Virus record (IMG/VR): IMGVR_UViG_3300022744_000001
Coordinates: 322,022 to 386,021 of that record
From: a virus
Length of the DNA: 64,000 bases
Strand: one strand, 5' to 3'
In this document: piece after piece, positions 20,767 through 30,903 of the stretch
Layout of the letters: each line of letters opens with the position of its first letter
Position numbering within the stretch: position 1 is the first letter of the stretch
The notes under the pieces: model-generated
What the model was told of the DNA's origin: nothing
Databases searched by the model: none
Seen by the model: the letters and a program-made list of their open reading frames with translations, nothing else
Position numbers and translations under genes: made by a program

Positions 20767-21582
20767 TCACCCCCGGAGAAACACTTCGACCAAATGACTC
20801 GTGAGGATCGTGCTACCGTCCCGCGGCGAAGCCAGGTAATTGCCATCGAGGTTCCATCCAGGCTCACCCCCAGCAAGCTGTTCAAGCTCATCCAGAATCG
20901 GAACCAACCGCTCGAGGTCAAACCCCACGGTCTTGGTTTTCCGAGCCGCCAAAACAGGTCGAAGGCCCTGGGTCTCCTCCCCCAGAAGCACCCCCCGAAG
21001 GTTGCCCCAGCGAAAGAGGGTCTCCCACGCTTCGGGGTCCACCTTAGCTGAGCTTGCGATCACAAAGCCATTGCTCCCAACGTCGAGCACACGCACGTTT
21101 CTCGGCGTCGGACCAATGTTCGGAAAGACGCCCTTCGTAAGAATCTCTCGCACCCACTGAACCCCCGTGGCAAGCCGTTTCCCCTGCTCCGCCTTGGACA
21201 AACTCTTCGGGAAGAATGCCGCTAGGCCACGTAGAAACTGGGCCAGGGCGGGGTCCACATGGGCCAGCATCCCATCCCCCATGCGGTAGGCGAGGTCCAC
21301 GGCGTAAACAAAGCCCGGGGTCGCGGGCTGGAGCACCAGCTCCCGGTCCAAAAACAAAGCCGCCGCCACGACCGTGTGAGGCCCATTCACGCGCTTGGTC
21401 GCAAAGACCAAAGGCATAGGGGCCCCAGAAGCCAAGTCCTCGTAGAAGCACGCGAGGGGGCCGGGGCGCCCCGGCCCGTACACATGAAGGAAGGGCTCCC
21501 CACCTGTCTCAAACGAAATCGCCCCCTCAACTTGAGGGGGCAACTTGGGGTCGATCGTGAGTTCCAGCTTGAGAGGCTCCAC
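20767..21582 (-). CDS. Hypothetical protein, possibly degenerate DHH-phosphoesterase-like fold
   Basis: 271 aa, GTG start after TGGTGTA motif; weak resemblance only, canonical DxD/DHH motifs absent. Confidence 0.55.
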   Translation of the reverse strand: MEPLKLELTIDPKLPPQVEGAISFETGGEPFLHVYGPGRPGPLACFYEDLASGAPMPLVFATKRVNGPHTVVAAALFLDRELVLQPATPGFVYAVDLAYRMGDGMLAHVDPALAQFLRGLAAFFPKSLSKAEQGKRLATGVQWVREILTKGVFPNIGPTPRNVRVLDVGSNGFVIASSAKVDPEAWETLFRWGNLRGVLLGEETQGLRPVLAARKTKTVGFDLERLVPILDELEQLAGGEPGWNLDGNYLASPRDGSTILTSHLVEVFLRG

Positions 21583-21604
21583 CGGGGGAGCCTACACCAG
21601 CGGG

Positions 21605-22246
21605 TCAGCGCTGGCGACTCTCCCAGTCGAAGACCTCTTGCTCACCTTGCTCGGTGTCCCACTCCTCCCGAGACAAAGGCCGATTCTTGCTGGAGTCCCA
21701 AGGGATACCCTTCTTGAGGGCATCGATCATCTGGGATACCTCTTTGCCAGTCATCTCAGACCAGTTGGGCTCGGGGAGCCTCTTTTGGCGCAAAAGGACT
21801 CGAGCGTAGTTGACCTGCTTCTCGCTTGGGCCATCCCCGGGGGCAGAATCAGGACGAGTAGCACGCTGCTCCCAATACTCCTCGCGGTCGTAATACTCCT
21901 CGAGAAGGTCGCCCAAACGCTTCCTGAGCGTGTCTCGCCACCCCTGGGTGCGCTTGATCGGGATGGCCTTGGCTTCCTTTGGGCCATCGACTTTCTTGGA
22001 TTTTATGGGGCGTCGCTTGTGGAGGTTCCAAAGCAGGACGCGCATGGCATCCTCACCATGCCCTGCCGCCTGTTCCCGCCCATGGCCCACCGAAGTGAAC
22101 ACGCGAATCCCAACGTTCGAGGTGATCGCAAGATCAATGACGATCTCCCCGTTATCCGAACTCTCGCGAGCCTTGAAGGACCCAAAAGCACGCTTCAGGA
22201 ACTGCTTGACTTCCGTGAGACTAACTTGGGTGAATTCGGCGGCCAT
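21605..22246 (-). CDS. Hypothetical protein
   Basis: 213 aa starting 2 nt after helicase stop; C-terminal PSEKQVNYARVL...GKEVSQMIDAL small helical motif. Confidence 0.7.
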   Translation of the reverse strand: MAAEFTQVSLTEVKQFLKRAFGSFKARESSDNGEIVIDLAITSNVGIRVFTSVGHGREQAAGHGEDAMRVLLWNLHKRRPIKSKKVDGPKEAKAIPIKRTQGWRDTLRKRLGDLLEEYYDREEYWEQRATRPDSAPGDGPSEKQVNYARVLLRQKRLPEPNWSEMTGKEVSQMIDALKKGIPWDSSKNRPLSREEWDTEQGEQEVFDWESRQR

Positions 22247-22248
22247 CT

Positions 22249-25200
22249 TCAGTTCCCCTGATAGTCGTAGTCGTTGATCGCTTTGAGGTTCAGGCTTTCT
22301 ACCCCTGCTGCCTCATGGAAGAGCCGGTCCATGGTCGCCGAATCGTACTCCCCGGCCACCTTGACCTCGCCCTCCTCAGCGCCTTGCTTGGGGACGTTCT
22401 CCCCTGGCACCAACCCAGCTTCGTGCACGAACATGCTGAGCACTGGCTGAGTGTCCCCGGGGAACTTCTTGACGCGCTCCTGCGGGCACAGGATCTCCAA
22501 GTTCATGGCAGCACGAGTCAAAGCCACATACGCCAGGTTGCGCTCGGCTTTGAGCTGGGCCTCCAGCTCCTCGGGGGTGGGCGGGGGCTCGTCGGGCTTG
22601 GGCTTGCGTTCCATGGGGAACTTGCCGGGCGCCATGACCACGGTAACGTTCTTCCACTCGGAGCCCTTGACCGAGTGCACGGTGGACAAAACAACCGCCG
22701 GAGGCTTCTCCCTACGCTGACCCGGGTCAGTGATCTTGGCCTGCTCCTTGGCGAACTTGTCCGGGTCGATACGCAAGGTAGAAGCGAGCTGCTCATAGCG
22801 CTCAAGCTTGCGGATGTACCCGTCCGCCGTGCTGGGGTCCGTGTTGTTCTTCTGGTCGTTCGCGTTGGGCTCAGACAAAGCGAAGAGGAACTCCACCGCG
22901 CCAAGGTTCTTGGTCAAGTTGGGGTCATTCTTGAGGACCGGCTTGCCGTCCTCAGTCACTCGCGTGATCTGACCTTCCTCGTTGATCTCGACCTTGGTGC
23001 TGTCCTCCTCTACCTCGTCGGCTTCGGCATCATCCGGAGCGAACGAAAGAACGTCCGAGGAGATCTGCTGGCGAAGAGTCGTGGTCGTGACCGTGGACTT
23101 CTGACCGTCCCAGCCATACATCTCCGAGGGCATCTCATCAAGAATGTAGTTGAGGAGGTCCTTCGTGGACTTCGGCCCTTCCTTCAACCAACCGCGCAGA
23201 GCCTTGATGTTGGCCCCAAGCCCGCGAAGGCTGTTACCCAGCTCCTCAACCCGCTTTTCGTACATCCACTCAGCGGTACGTTGGGGTTTGCCCTTTTCGA
23301 TAGCCTTGCTGATGATCTTGAGGCGGAAGGGCAGCTTGAGCTGTTCAGCCAGAGTGCCCACATAGCGGCTTTCAAGCAACATCATAGGGTTGATGTTCTT
23401 GGGGTCAACACGCTCGATGCGGGCCACCTCGTCCAAAGCCTCCTTGACCGCTTTGGCGACGTCGTCCGGGCCCATGAAGGTGCCCTTGTCCGGCTTCATG
23501 ATGCAGGCGACAAGAGCCTCACGGAGCTTGTCGTAGTCCGCGCCCTGGGCCAACTCGATGTGCCCCAGAACCGCCTTGGACTCGGGGGCCTCCATGAAGC
23601 CCTTGCCACCCTTCCGGATGTAAGGGATCTCGTTGATGATGCAGGCGGTTTCGAAGTTGTGCAGCTCGGCGTTGGTACGAGCGAGAACGGCGTACTCCTC
23701 GGGCTGAGCGCCCTCGACGTCCATCGCCTTGCGGACACGCCCCAAAGTCTCAATCGCTCCAGACGTGTACGTCACCGGTGCGTCCACCACGATCGAAGCG
23801 TTGCCACGCCCCTTCTTCGGGTTGGCTCGAGCCTCCATCGGAATCTGATCTTCGTTGTTGGCGATGAGGCGATTGGCGGCCTCCACGATTTCCGCTTCGC
23901 AACGGTAGTTCGTGCGAATCATGCGGATCTTCCAACCAGGTTTGCCGTTCAACCCGATGAAGAGTTCCGGACGAGCCCCACGGAACTGGTAGATGGACTG
24001 CTTGTCGTCGCCCACCATCCAGATGGACTTGCCGTCCGAACCGTCCGTGATGTGCTCGGACAGCATCTCGAAAATCTGGTGCTGAACCAGATTCAGGTCC
24101 TGGCACTCATCGACCATGAAATGGTCGAACAGCCGCTGGATCTCTTGGCGGGCCTTGGGGTCGCGACGCAGAATGTCGCGGAACACCACCACCATATCGT
24201 CCAGGTCACCCAGGCGCTGCCCACCCTTGCGGTGCTCCTTCAAGAAGTAGTTGTAGGACTCCGGCGAGCACGGCGGCCTCCAATTGGGGAGGTCGCCCTT
24301 GATTCCGAGGTAGAGTTCGTACCAGAGGTACGCCTGACCCTCCGCCTCCGACCTCACCGATGCCTTGGCTTGCTCGAGGTTGATGTCGTTGCCACGCCAC
24401 TTGCCCACGATCTGCTTGACCTTGGCGGCCTTGGGCGGGTTGTCAAACCACTCCGCAGGGAAGCCAGTGCGGGCCGCCAACTGCGTCCCTTCGCACTCGC
24501 TCCAGATCTTCCGAATCACGTTGGCGAGCTTGGAGGGGTTGATGGTGTTCGCGCCCCTCTTGGGCGGAGCAATCAGGTTGGGCGCCTTCAACATGGCCTT
24601 TTCGGCCGGAGTCCCATACCCAGGGGTGTTCTGGTCACCCGTGATGAACTTGTAGAAGAGCTGGTGCATCGTACCGACGCGAACTCCAGCACCCACCGAC
24701 CCAAGACGCTTGGCAACCTTTTCTTTCAGCTCTTCTGCCGCTCGAGAGTTGAACGAACAGGCCAGGATTCGAGCCGGGTTGACCCCGCGATCCTTGACCA
24801 GGTAAGCCATACGGCCCACAAGGGTCGTGGACTTACCCGCACCAGCACCCGCGGCCACGAGGACTTTGCCGTCGGTCATCGCCGCGGCAAGCTGCTCGGG
24901 GTCGTTTGCCATGCCCTGCAAAGAGGGCGGGATGTTGGCGGGCAGCTCAGGGTCGGTCACCACGGAGACCGCCACAGCCTTGGCTACGCCAACAACTTCG
25001 GCGCGAGTCAGGGGGCGGTCTTCCTCGGGGTTCATCCGATTGATGACCTTGCGAGCGATTTGAGTAGCCTCTGCCTCAACCTTGGTGAGCAAAGCGTTTT
25101 GCTTCTCGCCTTGGTCGATGGACTCCTCAGAAGCTGTGTCGCCGCCGTCTTGCTCAACCCTGGACTTGAAGACCTCGCCTACCTCATCCGAGGAGCCTCG

Positions 25201-25836
25201 AGTAGCAACCTGGACGTCATTCAGCGCGGTCGAAGACGGCTGGGCTGCGTCCGAAGCCGTGTCAATCCAAGCCTCAAGCCGCTTGTTGCGAAGAACAATC
25301 CCCGCGAACTTGGTGAGGGCTGCATCCTCGTCGGTCATCTCGGACGCCTCTATGGCCTCCTTGACCTGCTTGCGGGCCTTGCTCGAGTCGTCGAACACGG
25401 CCTTCATAGTCGTAGCGCCACCCCGGGAGAGAATCAGCTTGATGGTATCGGAGCGGCGGTTGAACCCATCGATATTGGCGGGAGCACGAACAGCAGAAGC
25501 AAGCATATTGATGCTCGCCTTGGACGTCAGGTGGCTCTTGAGGTACTCCGCGACATGCTCCAGGTGACGACGCTCAGCGGCGCGCAGGAGGCTAACTCCG
25601 GTTCGAAGAACCGAGTCGTTCAAGTCGCTCGAGCCAAACCGCTCTTCCAGGTAGCGGCGGTACACATCGAAGGCCAGCAGGAAGATGACGTAGTCAGCGA
25701 TGACCAACTCTTCAAGAGCCTTGTCGATCTCCGGGTCGGGATCTTCCGCCAACACCTGTCGAACCGCAGCCTGAGCCGCGCCGTAGTCATAGGAAAGCGT
25801 CGAAACACTTGCTACGGGATTCATCTTGTCTGCCAT
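22249..25836 (-). CDS. uvrD: UvrD/PcrA/Rep-type SF1A DNA helicase with ~300-aa N-terminal extension
   Basis: Motifs present: AGAGAGKSTT (I), CSFNSRAAEEL (Ia), VDECQD (II), GDDKQSIYQFRGA (III), TNYRC (IV), VLARTN, STVHSVKGSEW (V), NLAYVALTRA (VI). Start placed at ATG 25836 (GAGG upstream) rather than 25950. Confidence 0.93.
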   Translation of the reverse strand: MADKMNPVASVSTLSYDYGAAQAAVRQVLAEDPDPEIDKALEELVIADYVIFLLAFDVYRRYLEERFGSSDLNDSVLRTGVSLLRAAERRHLEHVAEYLKSHLTSKASINMLASAVRAPANIDGFNRRSDTIKLILSRGGATTMKAVFDDSSKARKQVKEAIEASEMTDEDAALTKFAGIVLRNKRLEAWIDTASDAAQPSSTALNDVQVATRGSSDEVGEVFKSRVEQDGGDTASEESIDQGEKQNALLTKVEAEATQIARKVINRMNPEEDRPLTRAEVVGVAKAVAVSVVTDPELPANIPPSLQGMANDPEQLAAAMTDGKVLVAAGAGAGKSTTLVGRMAYLVKDRGVNPARILACSFNSRAAEELKEKVAKRLGSVGAGVRVGTMHQLFYKFITGDQNTPGYGTPAEKAMLKAPNLIAPPKRGANTINPSKLANVIRKIWSECEGTQLAARTGFPAEWFDNPPKAAKVKQIVGKWRGNDINLEQAKASVRSEAEGQAYLWYELYLGIKGDLPNWRPPCSPESYNYFLKEHRKGGQRLGDLDDMVVVFRDILRRDPKARQEIQRLFDHFMVDECQDLNLVQHQIFEMLSEHITDGSDGKSIWMVGDDKQSIYQFRGARPELFIGLNGKPGWKIRMIRTNYRCEAEIVEAANRLIANNEDQIPMEARANPKKGRGNASIVVDAPVTYTSGAIETLGRVRKAMDVEGAQPEEYAVLARTNAELHNFETACIINEIPYIRKGGKGFMEAPESKAVLGHIELAQGADYDKLREALVACIMKPDKGTFMGPDDVAKAVKEALDEVARIERVDPKNINPMMLLESRYVGTLAEQLKLPFRLKIISKAIEKGKPQRTAEWMYEKRVEELGNSLRGLGANIKALRGWLKEGPKSTKDLLNYILDEMPSEMYGWDGQKSTVTTTTLRQQISSDVLSFAPDDAEADEVEEDSTKVEINEEGQITRVTEDGKPVLKNDPNLTKNLGAVEFLFALSEPNANDQKNNTDPSTADGYIRKLERYEQLASTLRIDPDKFAKEQAKITDPGQRREKPPAVVLSTVHSVKGSEWKNVTVVMAPGKFPMERKPKPDEPPPTPEELEAQLKAERNLAYVALTRAAMNLEILCPQERVKKFPGDTQPVLSMFVHEAGLVPGENVPKQGAEEGEVKVAGEYDSATMDRLFHEAAGVESLNLKAINDYDYQGN

Positions 25837-25940
25837 GTCCATCCTCGTGCCCGTGAGCGCGGTAGTTCTCCCTCTGAGAGAACACATAGAAGCTTTCACC
25901 GCTTCGTAACAAACTTCGCTCAGGTTACAGGAAAACCATG

Positions 25941-25986
25941 AAAAAATCAAGGCCCCCGTGAGGTGTCCCCACGGAGGCCCTAGATT
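25941..25986 (-). terminator. Intrinsic terminator after sheath gene
   Basis: Minus: GGCCTCCGTGGGG-ACA-CCTCACGGGGGCC then TTGATTTTTT. Confidence 0.7.
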
Positions 25987-26004
25987 ACACCAACGCGAGT
26001 CCTA

Positions 26005-29000
26005 TCAGAGGCGAGCGCGCAGGTTGTAGGTGACCACGATGTAGAGCAGGGGGAAGATCGGCTGGTAGTACCCGCTGACGTTCATCGTGGTGGCGTCCAC
26101 AGCATCGACTTCCGCCGAAATGCCCGTGAAAGCTGCCACGATTTCCTGCTGAATCAGGGTCTTGAACATCGAGGTCAGCGAGACTTCGACTTCGTTGGTA
26201 CGGCTCGCCAAGAACTTGGTTCCGATGTACGAATCCAAGGTCGAGCGCGTGGTGATCGAGACGTAGTCCGAGATCTGGGTGACCGTCGGGAGCCGCGTCA
26301 GGATCGAGGCCATGTTGGTGGTCAAGCCCTGGCGGACACGAATGATCGGGTCCAAGTCTTCCAGGAGCGAGATGCCCGCCACAGCCGTCTGGTTCGCCTC
26401 GACAGGGTCGAGGGTACGGGTGATGCGCGTGAAGCCCTGGATGCGGCGACGCGTGTAAGGCGTTGCCACGTCCACCGCCGGGGAAACCACCGCACCCGCC
26501 GCGCCAGCAGCAAAGAAGCTGCCATCCACGAGGGTTTCGAAGGTCTCACCCAGCTCGTTCGAGAGCGTCACCACGCCCGCATCCGGGTACCAAGCCACGA
26601 TGCGCTGGCTCAGAAGCCCACGAGCGATCGTCTGAGCCGTGGTCGGGGTCGTCCCGGAGGCGAACCCGATGAAGCCCATGCGCTCACCCTGGTTGCGGAT
26701 GTTCGACATGATTTCGCAGTGGCTCGTGAGGAACGAGTACACAGCGGTATCCGTGGACAGCGGGACGATCAAGTCAGGCTTGATGTTACCGGGCAGCGGA
26801 ACCGACATGCTGTCGATAGCAGCATTGAACTGCTGCGCCGAAGCCTGGTTGCTGTTCGGTACCTTCAGGACTTGCTTGATTCCGACAAGCACGGCGCCAT
26901 TCAGGATGGCCAAGTAGGCACCCAGAGTGACGCGATTCTCCGCCGAGAGACGGCCGTAGTTGGCTTCGATCGTCTTGAACTGGCGGAAGATCCTGGTGCT
27001 GTAGTCCTGCTTCAGGTAGCGGTACGAGATGTAGTAAAGGTCCCCGTTCTTCGGCTCCGCCCCCGAGGGGTTGAACGTCTGAACGTTGGCCGTGTCGTTG
27101 AGGCCCACGTTGACCGTGTTGGACACGAGGGTCTCAAGGCCCGGGAGGGCGTAGTGCGGGATGCTCGGCTGCACCGAGAAGGTCGGCGAGACCTCCAGGG
27201 TGAAGTAGCCGCCCGTGGCATACGACCCATCCTGAGCCGGAAGGACCGTGAACCGAAGGCCCGTCTGCTCGTCCGTGTACGTCTGGCCCGGGTAGCCCGT
27301 ACCAGCCGAACCGTTGGAGTTGGTCGAGGTCACGGTGAAGTTGTCCGTGGTGTCCTCGCCGCTGTCCCCATCAACCCCGGGGGTGATCATCGTGCCGGTC
27401 ATCACGTTGAACGCGGAGTTGGAACCCGTGCTGAACGAGATGCTCGAGGTCGAACCAAACACCACCGATTCGATGGTGAGATAGTCCAACCCGTTCACCG
27501 TCTTCACACGAGCCACAGCGCCGTTCGTGTTCCACGTGGGCCACGAAATCGGACCGAAGTTCGTGGTATCCATGAGGCGGTCAACCACCTCCTGAACACC
27601 CACGCGACCCTGGTTCACGAAGTCGCCTTCGTTGAAGCCAAGGATAGCGTTCGCCGAACCGTTGAGGATGGTGACCGAGGACTGGTCTCCATTCGTGTTC
27701 GACGTGATGCGCACCTTGTTCAGGTTGTCGAGAGTACCCACGCTGGCGGTACCCTGCGAGCTGATCACGGCGTTGATGTCCGAGACCACGTTTGCAGCCG
27801 TCGTCGAAGACTGGCTGATCGTCACCTCGAAATCCACCCCGTTGATACGGAGCTTGAGGATGTCGTCCACCCCAGTCGTGAAGCTGAAGGGAGCCGCGTT
27901 CTCCCCGAGGAGGGTCGCAGGCTTGTTGATGGCACCAGAAGTACCATCCGCACGGGTAAAGGTCGTGAAGCCGAGCATGGACTCCGCCGTACCCTGGCGG
28001 ATGGCCACGTAGCTCTTGTGATCGAACCCGTTCGGAAGAGCGGCCGGGACGCTGATGCTACGAAGCATGAACCACGCCGTGCTGCCTCCCGCCACAAAGG
28101 AGGCAACATAGTTCGGGGCACTGCCCGAGAAGTTCACGTCAGCGTCCACTGCGTTGTTGATGTCGCTGACGACGGTGCTCGGGCTGAGCATGCCAGCCGT
28201 CAACGTGACGTCGATATCAACCCCATCAACGACGAGGTTCAACTTGTCGTTGACACCCGTCGTAATGGTGACCGGCGAGGACAAGTCCACGCCCTCGCCC
28301 GCCATGTAACCACGAGTCGCGACATTGAGGTTCGTGGACACAGCCGAAGAGCCATTCAAAGCCGTGCGCCACGTACCGGAGTTCGGGGTGTAGAAGCTCC
28401 ACGGAGCCGCACCCTTGTTCGTGAACTCCGCATTGGTCGCATCGGCCGTACCGAACGTGACCGTCACGGTCTCGCTCACCGGCGTGCCGCCCACGTGCAT
28501 CGCGTCGGGCACCTGCTCCACACCGCGAGGCCACTGCACCGTGTCCGAAAGACCGCCACCCTTGGTACCAAAGGTGATGTGGTACAGGCTCGTGTTGAAC
28601 AGAGACGAGAAGACCTCGTACTGACCCGACCCAATCGGACCCGAGGTCTTGTTGGTCAGAACGTACGTGTCATCCGCCAAGCGGCTGTACCAGAACGTCG
28701 CGTAGGCGGTCTGGTCTGGAGCCACGGGGTCACGGAGGGTCACCTTGCGGCTCTGACCGTCTACCCTCGTAACCTTCACTGCCGGACGGCTGAGAGCGTC
28801 ACGAAGGCTGTGGCCCACGTGAACGATCACAAGGTCAGGACGGTTCGTAACCACGTCTTGGCGGCTGTTGGCCACCGAAGAGTAGGTAGCCGTGGACAGA
28901 GGGGTGTCGCGACCGTTACCCAAGGTGGGCACGGCCGGAAGGAGGAACGTCGAGTCGCTCGTGCGAGCAGGTACCACAGAGGTATCCACGAAGCGGGTGC

Positions 29001-30282
29001 ACGGCACGGAGTACAGACGGTCATCCACCAGCGTGGGCGTGATCTGCGAGTCGTCGAAGGGCTCCGCACCGGGGGTACGAAGGGTCGAAGACACGGAGTA
29101 GCTCGCACCCCAGTGCACCACCGACACGTCCGTGCTCGGATTCGCAATCACGAAATCCTGGTTCTGGATGTAGTCGTTACGGCCAGGCGAGATGCCGCAA
29201 CGAATCACGTTCGTCACCAGCGTGTTGGGCAGGTAATCGAACGTGTCCTGCCAGGTGTTGGCCCAGTACGTGATCATAACCGTGGCGCCTACGGGCGGAG
29301 CCAAGGGCAGAACCACGATACCGTTCGCACCTTCCACAGCGCTCGGGATGACCTGGGTACCGTTCACCTTCACCACGACCTTGGACGGGTCCGTAGTTGT
29401 GAGGCCCGCCGAGGTGCCGTCCACGATGGGACGCTGGAACACCTGGAAGGCTCGGTTACGGGAGGTCGTCTGACCAGCGCTCAAGCCCAACATGCCGTTG
29501 GCGTTTCCAGAGCCGATCGAAATCGACGTCTGAGCCGACAGCTTGACCTGGAACTTGCCATCGTTCGTCGTGAAAACGCTCGTGGTCAGACCAGAGATAA
29601 GGACTGCGTCAATCTGGCTCTTGATGGCCGAGGCCGTCGCAGTACCAGGAAGGAACGTGACAGTCTTCTCAGCGCCACCATCCACCGTGAGCTTGAAGGT
29701 GTCGCTTACGCCAGCAACCACCGTGAAAGGCTCAAAGCCGGGGGTGATGATTTCTGCCGCCGTAGCCGTCACCTGAGCCGACACGTCGTCCGTGAAGGAC
29801 GTGTCGAAGCGGTGGAAGTTGTAGGTCACACGGACCACGTCATCCGCCGCAGGAGGCACCTGCAAAATGATGTCACCGGTCGAGCCGCGGACAGAGCCCA
29901 CAGCCACCGGCACACCATTGACGGTAACCGACACGTAGCGCACGTCATTTGTGACGCGGCCGATGCCTTCACCATCAACAATGGGCGTGTTCCGGACCCG
30001 GAACCGCGTCAAGGTACCGTCGTTGGCACCAAGTGTCGGATTGCTCGGGTTGGAATCATCAACAACCCAACGAAGAGTCACGTCTTCGTTGACGATCTTC
30101 TGGTCCTGAGTCGAGGAAGAGCCGCGGACCATCTCATAGTCGAGCTGCTCCAGTTCCTCTTGACCCACGCCAATGATGACGGGGATTCTCAGCCCCGCAA
30201 GCACCCCAGTGACGTTCGCGTCAGTGAGCGTGCGGGTGTAGACTCCAGGTGGGACATAGGTCGGGAAGGGTCCGAGGGCCAT
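26005..30282 (-). CDS. Tail sheath protein (1425 aa, with inserted repeated beta domains)
   Basis: N-terminal YVPPGVYTRT; C-terminal sheath core (HCEIMSNIRNQGERMGFIG...VRQGLTT...YQPIFPLLYIVVTYNL). Confidence 0.93.
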   Translation of the reverse strand: MALGPFPTYVPPGVYTRTLTDANVTGVLAGLRIPVIIGVGQEELEQLDYEMVRGSSSTQDQKIVNEDVTLRWVVDDSNPSNPTLGANDGTLTRFRVRNTPIVDGEGIGRVTNDVRYVSVTVNGVPVAVGSVRGSTGDIILQVPPAADDVVRVTYNFHRFDTSFTDDVSAQVTATAAEIITPGFEPFTVVAGVSDTFKLTVDGGAEKTVTFLPGTATASAIKSQIDAVLISGLTTSVFTTNDGKFQVKLSAQTSISIGSGNANGMLGLSAGQTTSRNRAFQVFQRPIVDGTSAGLTTTDPSKVVVKVNGTQVIPSAVEGANGIVVLPLAPPVGATVMITYWANTWQDTFDYLPNTLVTNVIRCGISPGRNDYIQNQDFVIANPSTDVSVVHWGASYSVSSTLRTPGAEPFDDSQITPTLVDDRLYSVPCTRFVDTSVVPARTSDSTFLLPAVPTLGNGRDTPLSTATYSSVANSRQDVVTNRPDLVIVHVGHSLRDALSRPAVKVTRVDGQSRKVTLRDPVAPDQTAYATFWYSRLADDTYVLTNKTSGPIGSGQYEVFSSLFNTSLYHITFGTKGGGLSDTVQWPRGVEQVPDAMHVGGTPVSETVTVTFGTADATNAEFTNKGAAPWSFYTPNSGTWRTALNGSSAVSTNLNVATRGYMAGEGVDLSSPVTITTGVNDKLNLVVDGVDIDVTLTAGMLSPSTVVSDINNAVDADVNFSGSAPNYVASFVAGGSTAWFMLRSISVPAALPNGFDHKSYVAIRQGTAESMLGFTTFTRADGTSGAINKPATLLGENAAPFSFTTGVDDILKLRINGVDFEVTISQSSTTAANVVSDINAVISSQGTASVGTLDNLNKVRITSNTNGDQSSVTILNGSANAILGFNEGDFVNQGRVGVQEVVDRLMDTTNFGPISWPTWNTNGAVARVKTVNGLDYLTIESVVFGSTSSISFSTGSNSAFNVMTGTMITPGVDGDSGEDTTDNFTVTSTNSNGSAGTGYPGQTYTDEQTGLRFTVLPAQDGSYATGGYFTLEVSPTFSVQPSIPHYALPGLETLVSNTVNVGLNDTANVQTFNPSGAEPKNGDLYYISYRYLKQDYSTRIFRQFKTIEANYGRLSAENRVTLGAYLAILNGAVLVGIKQVLKVPNSNQASAQQFNAAIDSMSVPLPGNIKPDLIVPLSTDTAVYSFLTSHCEIMSNIRNQGERMGFIGFASGTTPTTAQTIARGLLSQRIVAWYPDAGVVTLSNELGETFETLVDGSFFAAGAAGAVVSPAVDVATPYTRRRIQGFTRITRTLDPVEANQTAVAGISLLEDLDPIIRVRQGLTTNMASILTRLPTVTQISDYVSITTRSTLDSYIGTKFLASRTNEVEVSLTSMFKTLIQQEIVAAFTGISAEVDAVDATTMNVSGYYQPIFPLLYIVVTYNLRARL

Positions 30283-30307
30283 CGTTTCTCCTCAGTTTCA
30301 ATGCGCA

Positions 30308-30385
30308 CGTCTGCATCTAATCTTCATCTTCCAGACGAGGGTCCCGGAGGACTTCATCTGAGGAGGCCACATAGAAAGATGTGGC
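30308..30385 (-). promoter_or_regulatory. Hairpin + NARATG repeat element in sheath leader
   Basis: GCCACAT/ATGTGGC stem (30366-30385), then CAGATGAAG, then AAGATGAAGATTAGATGCAGACG (30308-30330). Confidence 0.5.
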
Positions 30386-30468
30386 GTTCAATCCGATCCG
30401 ATCTGGGTATGTCCCACCACGGCCCGACAGGACTGAGTAGGTTCACCGTACAGCGGGTAACGAAAGCA

Positions 30469-30903
30469 TTATTGACGATCCGGACGAACTTTCAGGTCCG
30501 TTGCCAATTTTACCAACCGCCTACGTCCTTCACGCTGCCCTGGACTCATCGAGGTGTAGTCCATGTAGCCTTCCCCATCTTGGCGTGCGAGCTGCGAGAC
30601 GCCCGAGTTCTTCCGGACCTTCTCCTTGATAGCGGCGCGCTTGGTATAGGTCTCCCACCGACCCTCTGCACTACGACCAACCACTTTGTCCGCAGAAGGG
30701 TAGTCGATATCATGCACCCCCGTGTTTGCCGGGGTCCCAATGTCCTTGGGCGCCCCAGCAAAGGCGAACCCGAAACCCTGACCTTGAAAAAGTCGGGGAG
30801 CCTCCTCCGAGCATGAGGGGCAAGGGTGAGTTGGGTGGTCGTCCATTTTCAGCACGCGGTCGAACCGCAGGCCGCATTCACATTCAAATGTATATTTTGG
30901 CAT
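30469..30903 (-). CDS. FmdB-type zinc-ribbon protein
   Basis: MPKYTFECECG...HPCPSC N-terminus characteristic of FmdB-like ribbons. Confidence 0.8.
   Translation of the reverse strand: MPKYTFECECGLRFDRVLKMDDHPTHPCPSCSEEAPRLFQGQGFGFAFAGAPKDIGTPANTGVHDIDYPSADKVVGRSAEGRWETYTKRAAIKEKVRKNSGVSQLARQDGEGYMDYTSMSPGQREGRRRLVKLATDLKVRPDRQ

Noticed and set aside
25979-25992. Fifth YGGTGTA motif upstream of the helicase
   Set aside because: It overlaps the sheath terminator, and the GTG 12 nt downstream is out of frame with the helicase and opens only a short ORF; ambiguous.
4416-30282. Extracellular contractile injection system, tailocin or T6SS
   Set aside because: A complete head module is present in the same gene block.
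22315-30816. Very long plus-strand ORFs (1208 aa, 1365 aa; also 50796..53420, 46892..48643, 54417..56057 and others)
   Set aside because: Antisense shadows in codon register with recognisable minus-strand genes; GC-biased codon usage suppresses stops; translations have no recognisable motifs.
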